In this document: piece after piece, positions 1 through 11,900 of the stretch
How the letters are laid out: every line of letters begins with the position of its first letter
Position numbering within the stretch: the first letter of the stretch is position 1
Assembly (NCBI GenBank): GCA_032718475.1
Contig: JAUCBJ010002621.1
Location: 1-38,590 of the forward strand
Reading direction: 5' to 3'
Source: Nemertoderma westbladi
Taxonomy: Eukaryota; Animalia; Xenacoelomorpha
DNA: 38,590 bases
The notes under the pieces: model-generated
Database searches by the model: none
The model's input: the letters and a program-made list of their open reading frames with translations, nothing else
What the model was told of the DNA's origin: nothing
Translations under genes and position numbers: made by a program

Positions 1-544
1 CAATTGCCAAATTATATTTTCTAATTGGCTGCAATATATTTACTGTAAATCTAAAAGGCCATTTTATATATTTTGATAGGGCCACTGTTAATAAATTTAA
101 CTAACTCAATCTAACATGGGTGTATTTTCCCAGGAAAGCCATTTAATATATTTGTTTTGGGTTTTAGGGCCATATCTTTGTATTTCTAATTCAGGGAATA
201 TTCTAAGGAAATCTTGATAAACCTGATAAACCTATGATAAATCTATGATAAACCTGATTGATCTGGGAAGCTACATTAAGCCTGATTCTGATAGTTAAAG
301 AAAAATCTGGAATCCCACCAAATAAAGGCCAGGCATGTTTATAATAAATCTAATTATACATAATGAATGGGAGAATCTTTTAGGCTCGTTAAGCCAAGTT
401 CACCACGATGGATGATCATCCACAGTAAATCATTGCACTCTGTTTCCCAAGTTGCTTTGGTTCCCATTTATCGACCACTAAAGGATAAAAGCCAGCCAGT
501 GTTGGGCTAGGCTGCAGCATTTAAAGCACTGTGCCGAAACAGTG

Positions 545-612
545 CTGCCCCATCTAGGGATCGAACCAGAGCTTCGTAATTGGATGCCCAGGAATGTCAT
601 CACTAGACCTGT
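545..612 (-). mobile_element. tRNA-derived (SINE-like) head, degenerate
   Basis: Minus strand reads GGTCTAGTG (A-box-like) ... GGTTCGATCCC (B-box) at tRNA-like spacing; no clean cloverleaf. Confidence 0.35.
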
Positions 613-1401
613 TTATACTTTATTATAATTAACATTATAATTACATTATACATTATTTATTATATAATATTAAATATATAAAAATAAAATATAATATTAC
701 ATTTATCTGATATACCCTGCAACCGGTCTATCTTTACCAAGTATGACAAGTCGAGCAACAGCTAACCAAACCTACGATTGTTTGGCGAATTCAGCATCAG
801 TGCCATTGGGTGACAGTGATAGAACCCGGGTGATAGAACCCAGTCCATATCAGTTATAAGACTCAAGAACCAATAATTGTTTGGTTAGCTAGTAGAAATT
901 ATAACAAATGTTTCTATACTATGGGAAATTGTGTCAAAATTTAGTTCCCAAAATGTTAACTGGGGAGGTTTTCTTCTAAGTTTCTCCACTACCTTTCTAA
1001 TTTTGTATACATTACCACCCTGAACTACCTGTCAGACATATTATGCTAAGAAGCCCAAATCTACTGAACTCTTAGATATACTTAGAAATGGAGCGAACGA
1101 AAATGTTGACGACTTCTCACCCAAACATACTCTAGCCGTTTTATTTTGACAACTACCAGAAACCGATGTTATTCAATTAACCTCAAGTCGTGATGTGATA
1201 TTAAATCTAGATAGAACTCTTTCTAGATAAAATATCTAGAAAATTCTAGAAAAGATAGAAATATCTATCATTTTTTTTTCAAAAAATACTAGCTATTAAA
1301 AAAACACACTAGCTACCATAAAAAAATATCTATTAAGGTTCTAGAACATTCACCAATATCCAAAAAAAACACTATAAAACAATATTATATTTTTTGTGCC
1401 G

Positions 1402-2018
1402 CTACACCACAGCAAGTAGAGCATGGCGGATAATGCTATAGAGTTTGGCATGGCCAAGGTCACTCAGGTGTATACCATCGGAGTGCATCAAGGTTCCTCC
1501 CTGCACCTGATGGCATAATGCACCTTGCATTTTAATTAGAACACCGTTCTGGGCGTGGTCGAGCCACGCTGCCATCCGCATATTTGTGGCGACACGACGT
1601 GAATTATAATTGGGGTCCACAGATACACCTTTAGGGCGCATTGACCTTGGGAACATTTGTGTCCATAAGACACAGGAAGCACCATTGGAAGAATATTCCT
1701 GATCAATGTCTTTAATTTGGAGACAACGTAATCTGTGTCTCTCACACACAGATCGTTGCTTCCAAATACAAGTACAATGAAACAAGGTTTATTGTCCCAA
1801 TTGGCCATTACCTCCTGTGCGTTATGGGATTCAAATGTTCTCCCAGACCGCAGCTTAAAGGTAACTTTGGCAACTGTGGGACAGATACCAAAGTTACAAT
1901 TGTGGCCGCGGTTATTGTGGCCAAGGTACCGAAAGAGATGGTCTGGGTGTGAAGACCCAACGATTATAATGTCATGTACATGATCGACAGTACTAAAAGC
2001 TTGGACCGGTCTTGGCAT
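1402..2018 (-). pseudogene. SGNH/GDSL-type hydrolase (esterase-like), split by a single frameshift near 1685
   Basis: ORF 1536..2018 has block I-like IIIVGSSH and block III VFGSNDL; overlapping ORF 1402..1785 has block V DGIHLSDLGH. Adding one base at CTT CCA A|AT GGT joins them (RNILP-NGASCVLW). Confidence 0.7.
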
Positions 2019-2640
2019 AATATAGATAGACTGAATAGAGCAAAGTAGTGGGTGAAGATAAATGGGTGAAGTGATGATTTAATATTAAACAGTGTTCCGT
2101 TTATATAGAAAATTGTAAACCATATTGATGGTGGAGACAGTTGTTAATTCAGCGTGGGGTGGGTGGTTACGGGGTACATGTGAGGATTAGTCACCCAATC
2201 TAATAATACCATATGGTAATTATGGCTAATGTTTCTTTGTAACTACATATTGAATTTCGTCTCAGCAACTGTAGCTAGCAATTTACATTGTACACTGAAA
2301 CACTTGCTGTAATATTACCTTAACAGTTCTTGTGGTAGCCTACTGGTAAATGTGGTTATTGCTTAAAGGCTGTCAATAGGATTACCTCCCTATCTACCTC
2401 CCTCTATCTACCATACCTCCCTAATAATACCATATATGGTAATAATTCACTTCGAGCATCGCTAAGCCTTCTAATTGGTCGTTACATTGAGTTATTCGAA
2501 CTGTAGGGTACAGTGATATTCCTCTGGCTGTTATGTTGGCGGGTTGTGATTGGCTTATTGATATTGTTTTTGTAAATCAGTGATGCGTTTGTTTGGTTGA
2601 AGGGTGTTTGTTAGTAGCAGCACACTGTACATACCAAATA

Positions 2641-3252
2641 ATAAGGCAAAATATAAAACATATGTAATACACAGACAAAATATATGAGTTCGCGCAAACA
2701 AAGACTGAACAGTCTTTTGGTTAAACTAAGTTGATAGGACAAAATAAGGCAAAATATAAAACATATGTAATACACAGACAAAATACGTGAGTTCGCGCAA
2801 ACAAAGACTGAACAGTCTTTTGGTTAAACTAAGTTGATAGGACAAAATAAGGCAAAATATAAAACATATGTAATACACAGACAAAATATATGAGTTCGCG
2901 CAAACAAAGACTGAACAGTCTTTTGGTTAAACTAAGTTGATAGGACAAAATAAGGCAAAATATAAAACATATGTAATACACAGACAAAATATATGAGTTC
3001 GCGCAAACAAAGACTGAACAGTCTTTTGGTTAAACTAAGTTGATAGGACAAAATAAGGCAAAATATAAAACATATGTAATACACAGACAAAATATATGAG
3101 TTCGCGCAAACAAAGACTGAACAGTCTTTTGGTTAAACTAAGTTGATAGGACAAAATAAGGCAAAATATAAAACATATGTAATACACAGACAAAATATAT
3201 GAGTTCGCGCAAACAAAGACTGAACAGTCTTTTGGTTAAACTAAGTTGATAG
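2641..3252. repeat. Tandem array, 103-bp unit, about 6 near-identical copies
   Basis: Units start at 2641, 2744, 2847, 2950, 3053 and 3156; the only difference seen is tacgtgag vs tatatgag in copy 2. Each unit has the hairpin AAAGACTG-aa-CAGTCTTT. Confidence 0.97.
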
Positions 3253-3266
3253 CGTTGATAAGTTGA

Positions 3267-3620
3267 TTAAACACTTTTAGAGCGCCCACTCCGGTCGTTG
3301 CCAGCATCATAGGCAATGCCCGAGCGGTTTGCGGTGCTCCCTTTTTCGACAGCGGCCGCTTTAGCTTTAACTCCTCGTTTCTTTCTATTTCTCCTCTTCT
3401 GATTTTTCTTCTGATTTTTCTTATTGGGAGGATTGAGATGGGGATCGGGGGGATAAGGATTCGAATTGGAGGAATTATGTAGGGGATTTGGGGGATTAGG
3501 ATTGGGGGGATTAGGATGTTGGTAGTGGGGGTACTGGTAGGGGTAGGGGGGATTAGTGATAGGGTATGGTAATATTATGGCAACATATGGCGGGTATGGG
3601 TGTTGGTAGTAGTGATCCAT
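3267..3620 (-). CDS. Hypothetical low-complexity protein (Tyr/Pro/Asn-rich N-terminus, Lys/Arg-rich C-terminal half)
   Basis: ATG at 3620 opens MDHYYQHPYPPY...PPNPNPPNP...KKNQKRRNRKKRG; no family motif recognised. Confidence 0.3.
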   Translation of the reverse strand: MDHYYQHPYPPYVAIILPYPITNPPYPYQYPHYQHPNPPNPNPPNPLHNSSNSNPYPPDPHLNPPNKKNQKKNQKRRNRKKRGVKAKAAAVEKGSTANRSGIAYDAGNDRSGRSKSV

Positions 3621-3721
3621 CGCAGTATTCAAGAAAGAAGAAAGAAATAATAATAATAATAATTCTAAGAAAGTAATATTTCTATTCTAAGCCAAGTATT
3701 AAGTATAAGTATAGGCCAAGT

Positions 3722-4217
3722 ATAGTGGCGTGACGTGGCGTGGTGTGGCGTCGTGTGGCGTGGCGTTGCGTGTGGTGTGTAGTTGCGTGGCGTGTCGTGG
3801 AGTGGTATGGCGTTGCTTGGCGTGTAGTGGCGTCGTGTGGCGTGGCGTTGCGTGTGGTCGTGTGGCGTTTCATGTGACGTGGCGTGGTGTGGCGTTGCGT
3901 GGCGTGTGGTGTGTAATGACGTGGCGTGTCGTGGAGTGGTGTGGCGTGGTGTGTAGTGGCGTGGCGTGTCGTGGAGTGGTGTGGCGTGTAGTGGCGTCGT
4001 GTGGCGTGTCGCGTGGCGAGTGGCATATGGCGTGTAGTAGCGTCGTGTGGCGTGGCGTTGCGTGTGGTGTGTAGTGGCGTGACGTGTCGTGGAGTGGCGT
4101 GGCGTTGCGTGGCGTGTAGTGGCGTCGTGTGGCGTGGCGTTGCGTGTTGCGTGTCGTCGTGTGGCGTTTCGTGTGATGTGGCGTGGTGTTGCGTTGCGTG
4201 GCATGTGGTGTGTAGTG
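3722..4217. repeat. Degenerate pentanucleotide microsatellite (GTGGC/GTTGC/GTGTC/GTAGT variants)
   Basis: About 500 bp of 5-nt-period GCGTG-like units; accounts for the ATRH/TPRH-repeat ORFs on both strands. Confidence 0.93.
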
Positions 4218-4229
4218 ACACACGACGGC

Positions 4230-7200
4230 GGATGGAGTACTGAAGTTGCCGGCAAGCCCCAGGCCGAAGGCGACGAACGGCCCACCGGAACAGCGACAGT
4301 GGGGCCGCCGGTACGGTGCCGAACCAGGAGAGGAGGAGGAGATGTCGGCGAAGAGGACGTTGAGACCAGCAATCGGCTTCGATGGGCCTACAACGCCACG
4401 AAAAAACAGTTAAAGGGGGCCAGAGGGGGAGCAAAGGTAGACCAGGCCAAGTTACACCAACGACTAGCTGAGTCAAATAAACACTTCCAATATCTAGTTT
4501 GTTTCAGGCAGGGAGAACTGGCAAGTGAGAGAGCGAGGGGGGTCGCCACCAAACTTTTCGAACTGTGGCGATCCAGGGTTATGGAGCCTGAAGTAGTGTA
4601 CGTAGGGCCGTATTTAGTGGATGCTAGGGGAATTAAGTTAGTGGGTTGGGCGGGTCCGCACGAGGGTGAATCCGAGGTTAACCCCGAGGATTCGGTCTTA
4701 TCGGTTAGCAATAACCCCAGAAAGTGGGGGAAAGTTAGTAGGACAGAGAGGCGACGGGAGTCCGTCGCAACCGATAAGTCCGCTACATCCTCCACGAAAG
4801 CAAGGGGGGGGGGGTGGTAATAATAATAATACATTAGAGGGCATTAATATTAATAGTACCGTAGTAGATAACCCTAATCAAACTTTCATTCCAGGAAATA
4901 ACGTTTTACCCGATAATTCTAATTTAAATACAAATAATCCGAATAATCTTAATTTAAATAAAGAAAATAATTCAAATAATCCTAATTTAAATACAGAAAG
5001 TAATTCAAATAATAACTTAAATAATTTACACGATAACGTTGTTGATAGCGGTGCTATTAATACGAATGCAGCGAACATAGGTGGTCCGACCAGCGGGAGC
5101 CTGCAAGGCCACGTAGTTAGTACGCAGGGAGTAGCGGGGGTGAGTCACCCCGAAGGAAGCCTACAAGGCCACATAGCTAGGCAGGGAGCGGCGGGGGTGA
5201 GTCAACCCGACGGGAGCCTGCAAGGCCACACAGTAGTAGAGGGAGAGGCGGGGGTGAATAGACCTAGCCAAAATAGGAATAGTGTGTCGACTAGAGAGGG
5301 GCGTAGAAGCGAAGTAGGAGATAGTGAAGTAATAGGTGGCGAGTGGGGGGGGGGGGGGGGGCTACGGGCGCCCCACAACCAGAGATTAGTGGCGAGAGGG
5401 GGGGGGGGGGGGTGGGGCAGAGAATGTCCCACGAACGTCGGCGGATATTGCGTGGGGCGAGTTAGGTGAACCACGGCACGTGATGGCAGAGAATAGTAGG
5501 GGGATTGCGGGTATCCCCAGCAGCGTCCAACCGGCTAGAGAGAGGTTGGCGTCATGAGCGGGTGAGCGATAAGACGTCGAGCCCAGTCAGAAACGGGAAG
5601 AAGGACAGTGGAGTTTACCGGGAGGTCGAAGAGAGATCGAAGAGTAATCTTATGAACTGGAATGCTACACTGGAGAGAGAAGAAGTGAAGAGAATAGAAG
5701 AAGCATTGCTACGAGCAACCGGAGAGTGAGGACTGATAGCGAGCCGTCGGTAGTAGAGATAGAGTTGGGGAGTTGGTGGGGTCGAACTCCGGGAGATTGC
5801 CGTCGTCCCGGAGAGACGCACCACACGCCAGTAGAAGGGTACAGAATGTACCGGTACGAGGACAGGAGAGGGGATCAAAGAGAAACTTCCCGACGGGATA
5901 TAGCTGCCGATCGAGAGTACGGTAGTTGCGGGGAGGACTTCTTGGACTACTCGAGAAGATTGAACTTCGGTCCGGAGGGACACATGCAGACAGTAGGACA
6001 TACTGTAGGCTTTACTGTACATACTATAGGCCATGCTGGGAGAGATAGTGTAGGCAATAGGGTAGCGCGAACGAAGGGATTAGAACCGGAAGTCGCAGCG
6101 TATATACCAGTAGGTAGGCAGGAAGTGAATAGGCCTATATCGGTACCAGCAGAGCAGTATGACTATAATATGCAGGGGCATAACATATATCCAGGGGAGG
6201 GGAGAGTTATTGCAGATAGGTTTATGGGCCCCAATATATTAACATCAACCCCCGTACCAAATATAACACCGGTGGGGGGGCAGGGTGACATTCCCCCATT
6301 AAAATATCAACAATACTCTCAACCAGGAATAAGAACATAGAACCCCCTGGGCGAGAACAGGTTGTGCAATACAGAAATATGGAGGGGGCCGTTACCCCCA
6401 ATGGTATATCCGGCGCAAAGAAAGTTAACAAGCCTGATGGGCGGAGCGCACCCAACAGGAGAATCTGTACAGCATCCCTCGAACCCAGTGGAAGCACAGG
6501 CAATGGGAATGATTATCGATGCACTCAAGACCCGAATCGAGTTACCACCAGTCGAGCCATTTAAATTCGATGGAAGCACACCGGAAGAATACCTGCAATT
6601 CCGACGCATGTACAGCAACGAAATATTAACTAAGAACATGGCGCAGGCGGAGTACCTAAAATATTTACAGGTGTACACAGGGGAGGCCCAGCGTACGACA
6701 TCGTGAGGCAGTATCAGGGCATCGAGGGTGGCTTCATGACTGCATGGCGGGCCCTGGACAGGGAATACGGACACCCAGCCATGATCATCCGGCAGACCTT
6801 AAGGGGAATAACATCGGGTGGCCTACAGGATAACCCTGTCAGCATAAAGACCTTCGCAAACAAGGTCGAGAAGGCGTTAATCGTGCTAAAAACGCTAGAC
6901 GCGCCATACGAACTCAACGCATCTAATAATATCACCACGATAGCGCAGGCACTGCCGATCTGGCTGCACAACAAATGGAGAAAGATTGCCTTCTCCACCC
7001 GGGAGAAGAAAGGTGCGGAACCGGGCCTAGAGGAAATGTCGAACTTCCTCAATTACGAAGCGAAGTTGATCACGGACCCAGTCTAGAGCGAAGATAGTCT
7101 GGGGAAGGGGCCAAAGACCAAATATAACTGGCCAAAACCAGAACATAATGCGGCAAATGCACTACCAAAACTTAGACAATCGCTGCCATATGCGGCAACA

Positions 7201-7271
7201 CAGGGGACTGCAAGTCCACATGTAGCCGGGGGTAGGGCCACACCATGGAGTGGGCAGGGGCAAAATAACAA
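4230..7271 (+). mobile_element. BEL/Pao LTR retrotransposon gag region, fragmented; no pol or LTR adjacent
   Basis: Chain of + strand ORFs, several broken at G homopolymers, ending in a BEL/Pao Gag (DUF1759-like) core: ELPPVEPFKFDGSTPEEYLQF, YLQVYTGEAQ, AWRALDREYGHP, LPIWLHNKWRK. The Gag core (about 6530-7086) is well supported; the upstream part is assigned by continuity and composition only. Confidence 0.7.
5095..5262 (+). repeat. Three in-frame 57-60 bp repeats encoding GSLQGH...GxAGVS/N
   Basis: gg(g/a)agcct(g/a)caaggccac at 5095, 5155 and 5212. Confidence 0.85.
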
Positions 7272-7317
7272 CGACGAATAAAATTAAAACAAGTATAGGC
7301 TACAGTGGATTATTATT

Positions 7318-7521
7318 ATGGCTGACAAATACAGCGCCATAAATATTAGTCATTGTCGGGTATCGATTACCCAAAATCACTTTGCTGAAGCAACTGAAGA
7401 AACGAGATGGGAGATAACCGCGGTTCGGGGCCGCGGACAGGGCCGTCAAGGGGGACGCGGTTACAGACGCATCGAGAGAGCGCCATACAGCGCGGCTCGG
7501 CGCGTGACATATGGCGCCTGA
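7318..7521 (+). CDS. Small hypothetical protein with Arg/Gly-rich C-terminus
   Basis: 67 aa, ends RGRGQGRQGGRGYRRIERAPYSAARRVTYGA; just upstream of the pPolB-like gene on the same strand. Confidence 0.3.
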   Translation: MADKYSAINISHCRVSITQNHFAEATEETRWEITAVRGRGQGRQGGRGYRRIERAPYSAARRVTYGA

Positions 7522-7666
7522 TTCAATCAAGCTCATTCTGAAAATATTAAATCAATTAAAGTTTAGATATTATATTTTATTTGTGTTGAGTAGCTTATGA
7601 ATTTTTTTGATTATATATATAACAATATTCATATTAATTTTAAATTGTTTTTAGGATAATAAAGAG

Positions 7667-8878
7667 ATGGATAAACAATTGAAATATGCATTTTGTCCAC
7701 TTCAAATTTCTAAACATAACTATTTATCTCATCTGAAGTCGCATTTTCATGGTTATTCTTGTTTTAAGTGTCATGTTTTCACACCTAAAGAAGAAATTTG
7801 TAAACGACATGAATCAACTACAGGTTGTAAAGAAATGAAGCTTTGCGTGTATGAAAAAACTTGCCCTACTTGTAATAAAGAGTATTTATATGAGAATTAT
7901 TTACGTCACAACTGTCACCAACATTATTATCATGTTAGACCACCACGATGGAACCAAAACAATACTGTCGCATCTAGAAAAAGACTGAAATCTGGTCAAG
8001 GTCCATCAATTTTTAGCATCGAACGAGCCGCACACGATAACCGTTTAGAAATCTATGTTTACAATCTTCCGAATGATGAAAATTTTCCTGATATTCATTC
8101 ATCAATACTAAAAATTTTTCCTTATATTGAAAACTTATTATTAGGAAAACTTAGCAAAATGAATGTACTTAGACCCTGTCTAGGTGTGAATATACTCATG
8201 TATCAATCACATTTTTCAGAGGGTGATCAAGAAGAAGCTTTCTATTTTAGTTCTTCAGGTGGTGCAGTTAATACCGTAGATTCACATGAAAGTTTTGACA
8301 CATGGTTTGAGTATGTACTAGAAAAATTAATGCAAAAACTGTTTAATGTTTAAAACTAATGTTAAAAATGTTTAACACTCGTGGTTCAGGGTGGAGTGTT
8401 AAATCTTTATTAAGAGTGGAAATTAAAGTAGCTGAATCTAAGTGTAGGTCACTGGAATATAAAGGTCACGGTTATATGGAGTTACCTAAGGCTCTATCAG
8501 TTAAAAAATGTGTTATAAATATACAAACGGCTGATAATGACTGTTTCAAATGGACTATTATAGCCACAAAGTTTAGCAGCAAAGTGAAGATAAACAATAA
8601 TCGTACTTCGCAGTATACAGATTACATGAATCATTTTATTTTTGACAACGGGAACAAAGATTATCCAACAGAATGGCAGCTTGCAATTAAACTTTTTGAA
8701 AAACAGAATTCAGCATATATAATTAATTTATTACTCTACGACAACAATCGAGTATCTATATTAAGACAGGCTCCATTTAGTAAAATCCCTCCAGATAAAG
8801 AGTTATTGAATATATTACTTGTAAAAAATAAGAATACGAGTAAACAATCACATTATGTTTGCATAACTAACTTGATCG
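7667..8878 (+). pseudogene. Polinton-type protein-primed DNA polymerase B, N-terminal part only, with zinc-finger-like leader
   Basis: Cys/His clusters (CFKC..H, CPTC..H.C), then RGSGW, YMELPKALSVKKCVINIQTADNDCFKW, FEKQN, NILLV and HYVCITNL, the pattern preceding the polymerase domains in invertebrate Polinton pPolB. The stop at 8351-8353 coincides with a short local duplication; truncated at about 8878. Confidence 0.78.
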
Positions 8879-9423
8879 CTAACCAGATCGCTGTGTGCGC
8901 CTTTACATCAAGGGAGAAGTTCAACTACCTGCTTCAAACGTTGTCGGGAGAACCCAAACGTTTGGCAGAGACCTTTGTTGGTGTACCAGACGCCTTCGAA
9001 CTAGCGTACGATCGCTTAACTTCGATCTACGGAGGTACAGTCAGTATGGCCAAGTCAGTGATAGAGGAACTCTGTAAGGGAGGGGCTATTACCAAACCCG
9101 TCGACTTACTGAAACTGGCTGATGAAATTAAGAACGCTATCACTACGTTAAGATCTATTGGACAACTTGACTACGGGAATACCCCTACAGTCCTATTAAA
9201 GATCATAGGGAGACTCCACCATCGACTTCGTCGGGAGTGGAGGAAGATCGAATTCCAGCGCAAAGAAAGGGGTGGATTCTTGAAACTGGAAGATGTATAC
9301 CTTTTATAATCCAAGGAAGCGGTGGTAGAGACGCGATCCAACTACACTGACCAACACATCGTAGCGGAGGGAATAACCTTACCATCCTCTTACTGACAAA
9401 AACAGCCGACGACTTCCACCAAG

Positions 9424-10380
9424 ATGGCCACTTACACCACACCGACGGAAAGCCGACAATTTTCGGACGGTATCAGGGTGTCTGCGCCCATTGGAACAAA
9501 ACAAACCAGACAACAACTGAATGCAGACTTCAGCGGTTTCCAATACTGCGAGCAGTTAGGCAAGCGGCATACCGGTCACAAGTTAAGAGGTTGTCGGTTA
9601 TTTCGTGAGTTAAACTCGGAAGAACGACGGCTGCAAATACAGCCATTAGATTCTTGTTGGCGGTGTACGCAACATGGACACGTCCGTAAGGACTGCCCAA
9701 ATACCGACACATGTCCTTACTGTGGACGCAACCACGACGGTCTGCTCCACACAGACAGCCATACGCTGACGAAACGCTTCACCAGGGAACACCCGGAAGC
9801 TGGAGCAAAATGCAATACTGCATACAGGAATCGAGAATCAAGAACAACACCAACCTTTGTGACACATATACGGGATTGTTTCCCGGAACAATGTGGGTCT
9901 TCTGAAGAGGAGTCTGAGGAAGACGACATATATTCGGATGGAGACGAACAACCATCGATTGCGCTTCTGACGCCTGATCAGCTGAAGGGTCTCAGCGTAA
10001 TTCCTGTCAAGATTACGGGCACAAAGGGAAGCAAACGGATCTACGCTATCTTGGATTCAGCCTCATCTCATAGCTACGTGGACGAGAAGGTAGCTGATGT
10101 CGTGACAGATCTTAGACAAGGTAAGCACGTCCGATATACCGTAAGTAGTATGCATGGACAACGTGCAATACCAGTGACGCGAGTTAAGTTAAACTTAGAC
10201 ACTCTTCTTCCGAAATCGAAACATAGCGAAAAGGAGAGGTCTTTGTTACCCTTTAAGGATCTAACCTTTGCGGCCACGAAGGACTTTAGTAACCTACTGG
10301 GTCCAGTGCCGGAACAATCCTTAGAGGACCGTAAGTATTTCAGACACCTTGGTGTACCTGAATGTCCTGTCAATTATTGA
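9424..10380 (+). pseudogene. BEL/Pao Gag zinc knuckles plus aspartic protease
   Basis: Three Cys/His knuckles followed by IYAILDSASSHSYV (retropepsin D-S-A motif). Confidence 0.85.
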
Positions 10381-10805
10381 TCAGTAGCAATGCTGATCGG
10401 GACAGATCAATTCAATTTACATCAAGTGTGGGAAACCAGACCATCGGTAGTCGTAGCAGGAAATGCATACGCCTGCAGAACGCCGATAGGTTGGTTTACT
10501 CGAGCGCCTGTGCGCATACTAGATATAAGTGACGAAGAGGATGATGTACAAAGTACATGTAGTTTATTAACTACAACTTCAATTCATTCCTTTTCACAAG
10601 ACAGAGACTATACTACACTACGTTCGACAAAACACGACAACGTTACAAGTACGACGTGTGTAGCGAATACAATAAGTCACAAGGAGCAGCCAATCCACCA
10701 GGTGAGTTTAGAACTTGGGAAGCAGACGAGTCAGGCAGAGGTTCCATCGACGACAGATGATAACGCCGGAAGCTTGCGAGTCTATCTACACCAATAACCT
10801 CAACA

Positions 10806-11900
10806 ATGCCCGTCGATATCGATGACGACGCGTTAAGAAATCATCAAGTGGAACAAGCTGCACTAGACATCAGATTAACGGAGAAAACTATCAAATGGCT
10901 GGAACAAGATACAGCCGAACCAGGGAGTTACGAACCATGTATTTCGGAACAAGAGAAACAATCTTTAAAGATCATGGAAGATACTATCCGCCAGACGAAA
11001 GATGGACATTATGAGGTAGGGATGTTATGGCATAGCCAACGTCCTAAACTTATTAATAATTATCAGCTAGCATTAAGACGCTTAAACTCAATACGACAAC
11101 GTCTATTGAAGGACGAGAAAGCCCATCTGCAGTATAATACCCAGATGGAGACGTATTTGACAAAAGGGTACGCTATCAGAATGACCAACCCAGAGATGGT
11201 GACAGACCAGACATACTACTTACCACATCACTACGTGAGACATCCTGACAAACCAGACAAAGTGCGTGTAGTTAATGACTGCGCGGCTCTGTTTGAGGGA
11301 ATGTCCCTCAATAGTGAGTTGATGGACGGACCAAACATGAACAACTATCTCATGGGCGTGATTATGCGCTTCCGTCAACGCCAAGTAGCCTTTACTTGTG
11401 ACGTCGAAGCAATGTTTCACCAAGTGCGAGCGTTAGAGCGAGACAGAGACAGTTTGAGGTTCATCTGGTACCCGGAAGGAGACTTAAGTCTACCACCGGC
11501 GACTTACCAAATGCAAGTTCGCGTTTTCGGTGCCAGAGACAGCCCAAACTGCACTATGTATGCCCTAAAGCAAACCGCTAGCGATCAGAAACATATATAT
11601 GACTCAGAGGTAATCCAGATCGTAGAACGAGACTTTTACGTAGACGATGGGTTACAAAGTTGTGACACAGTAGAACGTGCTATCACAGTGGCACATCAAT
11701 TACGGGACTGCTTAGCGGGCGGAGGTTTTAACCTCACCAAGTTTGCCTCAAACAGTGCCGAATTGGTAGATTCATTCGGAACGACTGAGCGTGGAGGTGG
11801 TGATATTGACCTAGACTTTGAACCACTACAGACGACCAAGGTGTTGGGGCTCTTTTGGGACCCAAACACAGGAGTTTTCAAGTCGTCTATCCCACCATAC
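10806..11900 (+). pseudogene. BEL/Pao reverse transcriptase, truncated before RNase H
   Basis: YYLPHHYV, KVRVVNDCAA, SLNSELMDGP, CDVEAMFHQV, FGARDSPNC, FYVDDGL, GGFNLTKFASN, KVLGLFWDP. Confidence 0.93.

Larger units (their letters stand above)
8879..11900 (+). mobile_element. BEL/Pao retrotransposon internal fragment (gag C-terminal half, zinc knuckles, protease, RT), no LTRs
   Basis: Gag REKFNYLLQTLSGEPKRL...AYDRLTSIYG; knuckles CWRCTQHGHVRKDC and CPYCGRNHDGLLH; protease ILDSASSHSY; LIGTD...RTPIGW; RT motifs. Several stops and frameshifts. Confidence 0.92.

Noticed and set aside
2186-2198. 13-bp inverted match (attagtcacccaa) to 19369-19381 as a possible Polinton TIR remnant
   Set aside because: Too short and does not extend on either side by eye; insufficient to call a TIR.
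2641-3252. CRISPR-like array (regular repeats with a hairpin)
   Set aside because: Units are identical end to end with no unique spacers, there are no cas genes, and the context is eukaryotic. The same applies to the 95-, 68- and 38-bp arrays.
3665-4476. Long ORFs on both strands rich in ATRH/TPRH or VAWRG
   Set aside because: Translations of a stop-poor pentanucleotide microsatellite.
6690-6720. Programmed ribosomal frameshift between ORFs 6362..6706 and 6703..7086
   Set aside because: The break lies inside the Gag core, no slippery heptamer is evident, and BEL/Pao elements usually have a single gag-pol ORF; a simple indel is more likely.
4388-7271. Minus-strand ORFs over the BEL gag region, and similar ones over 9203-11881 and 31004-32180
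   Set aside because: Antisense shadows of recognisable + strand retrotransposon coding sequence, with no motifs of their own.
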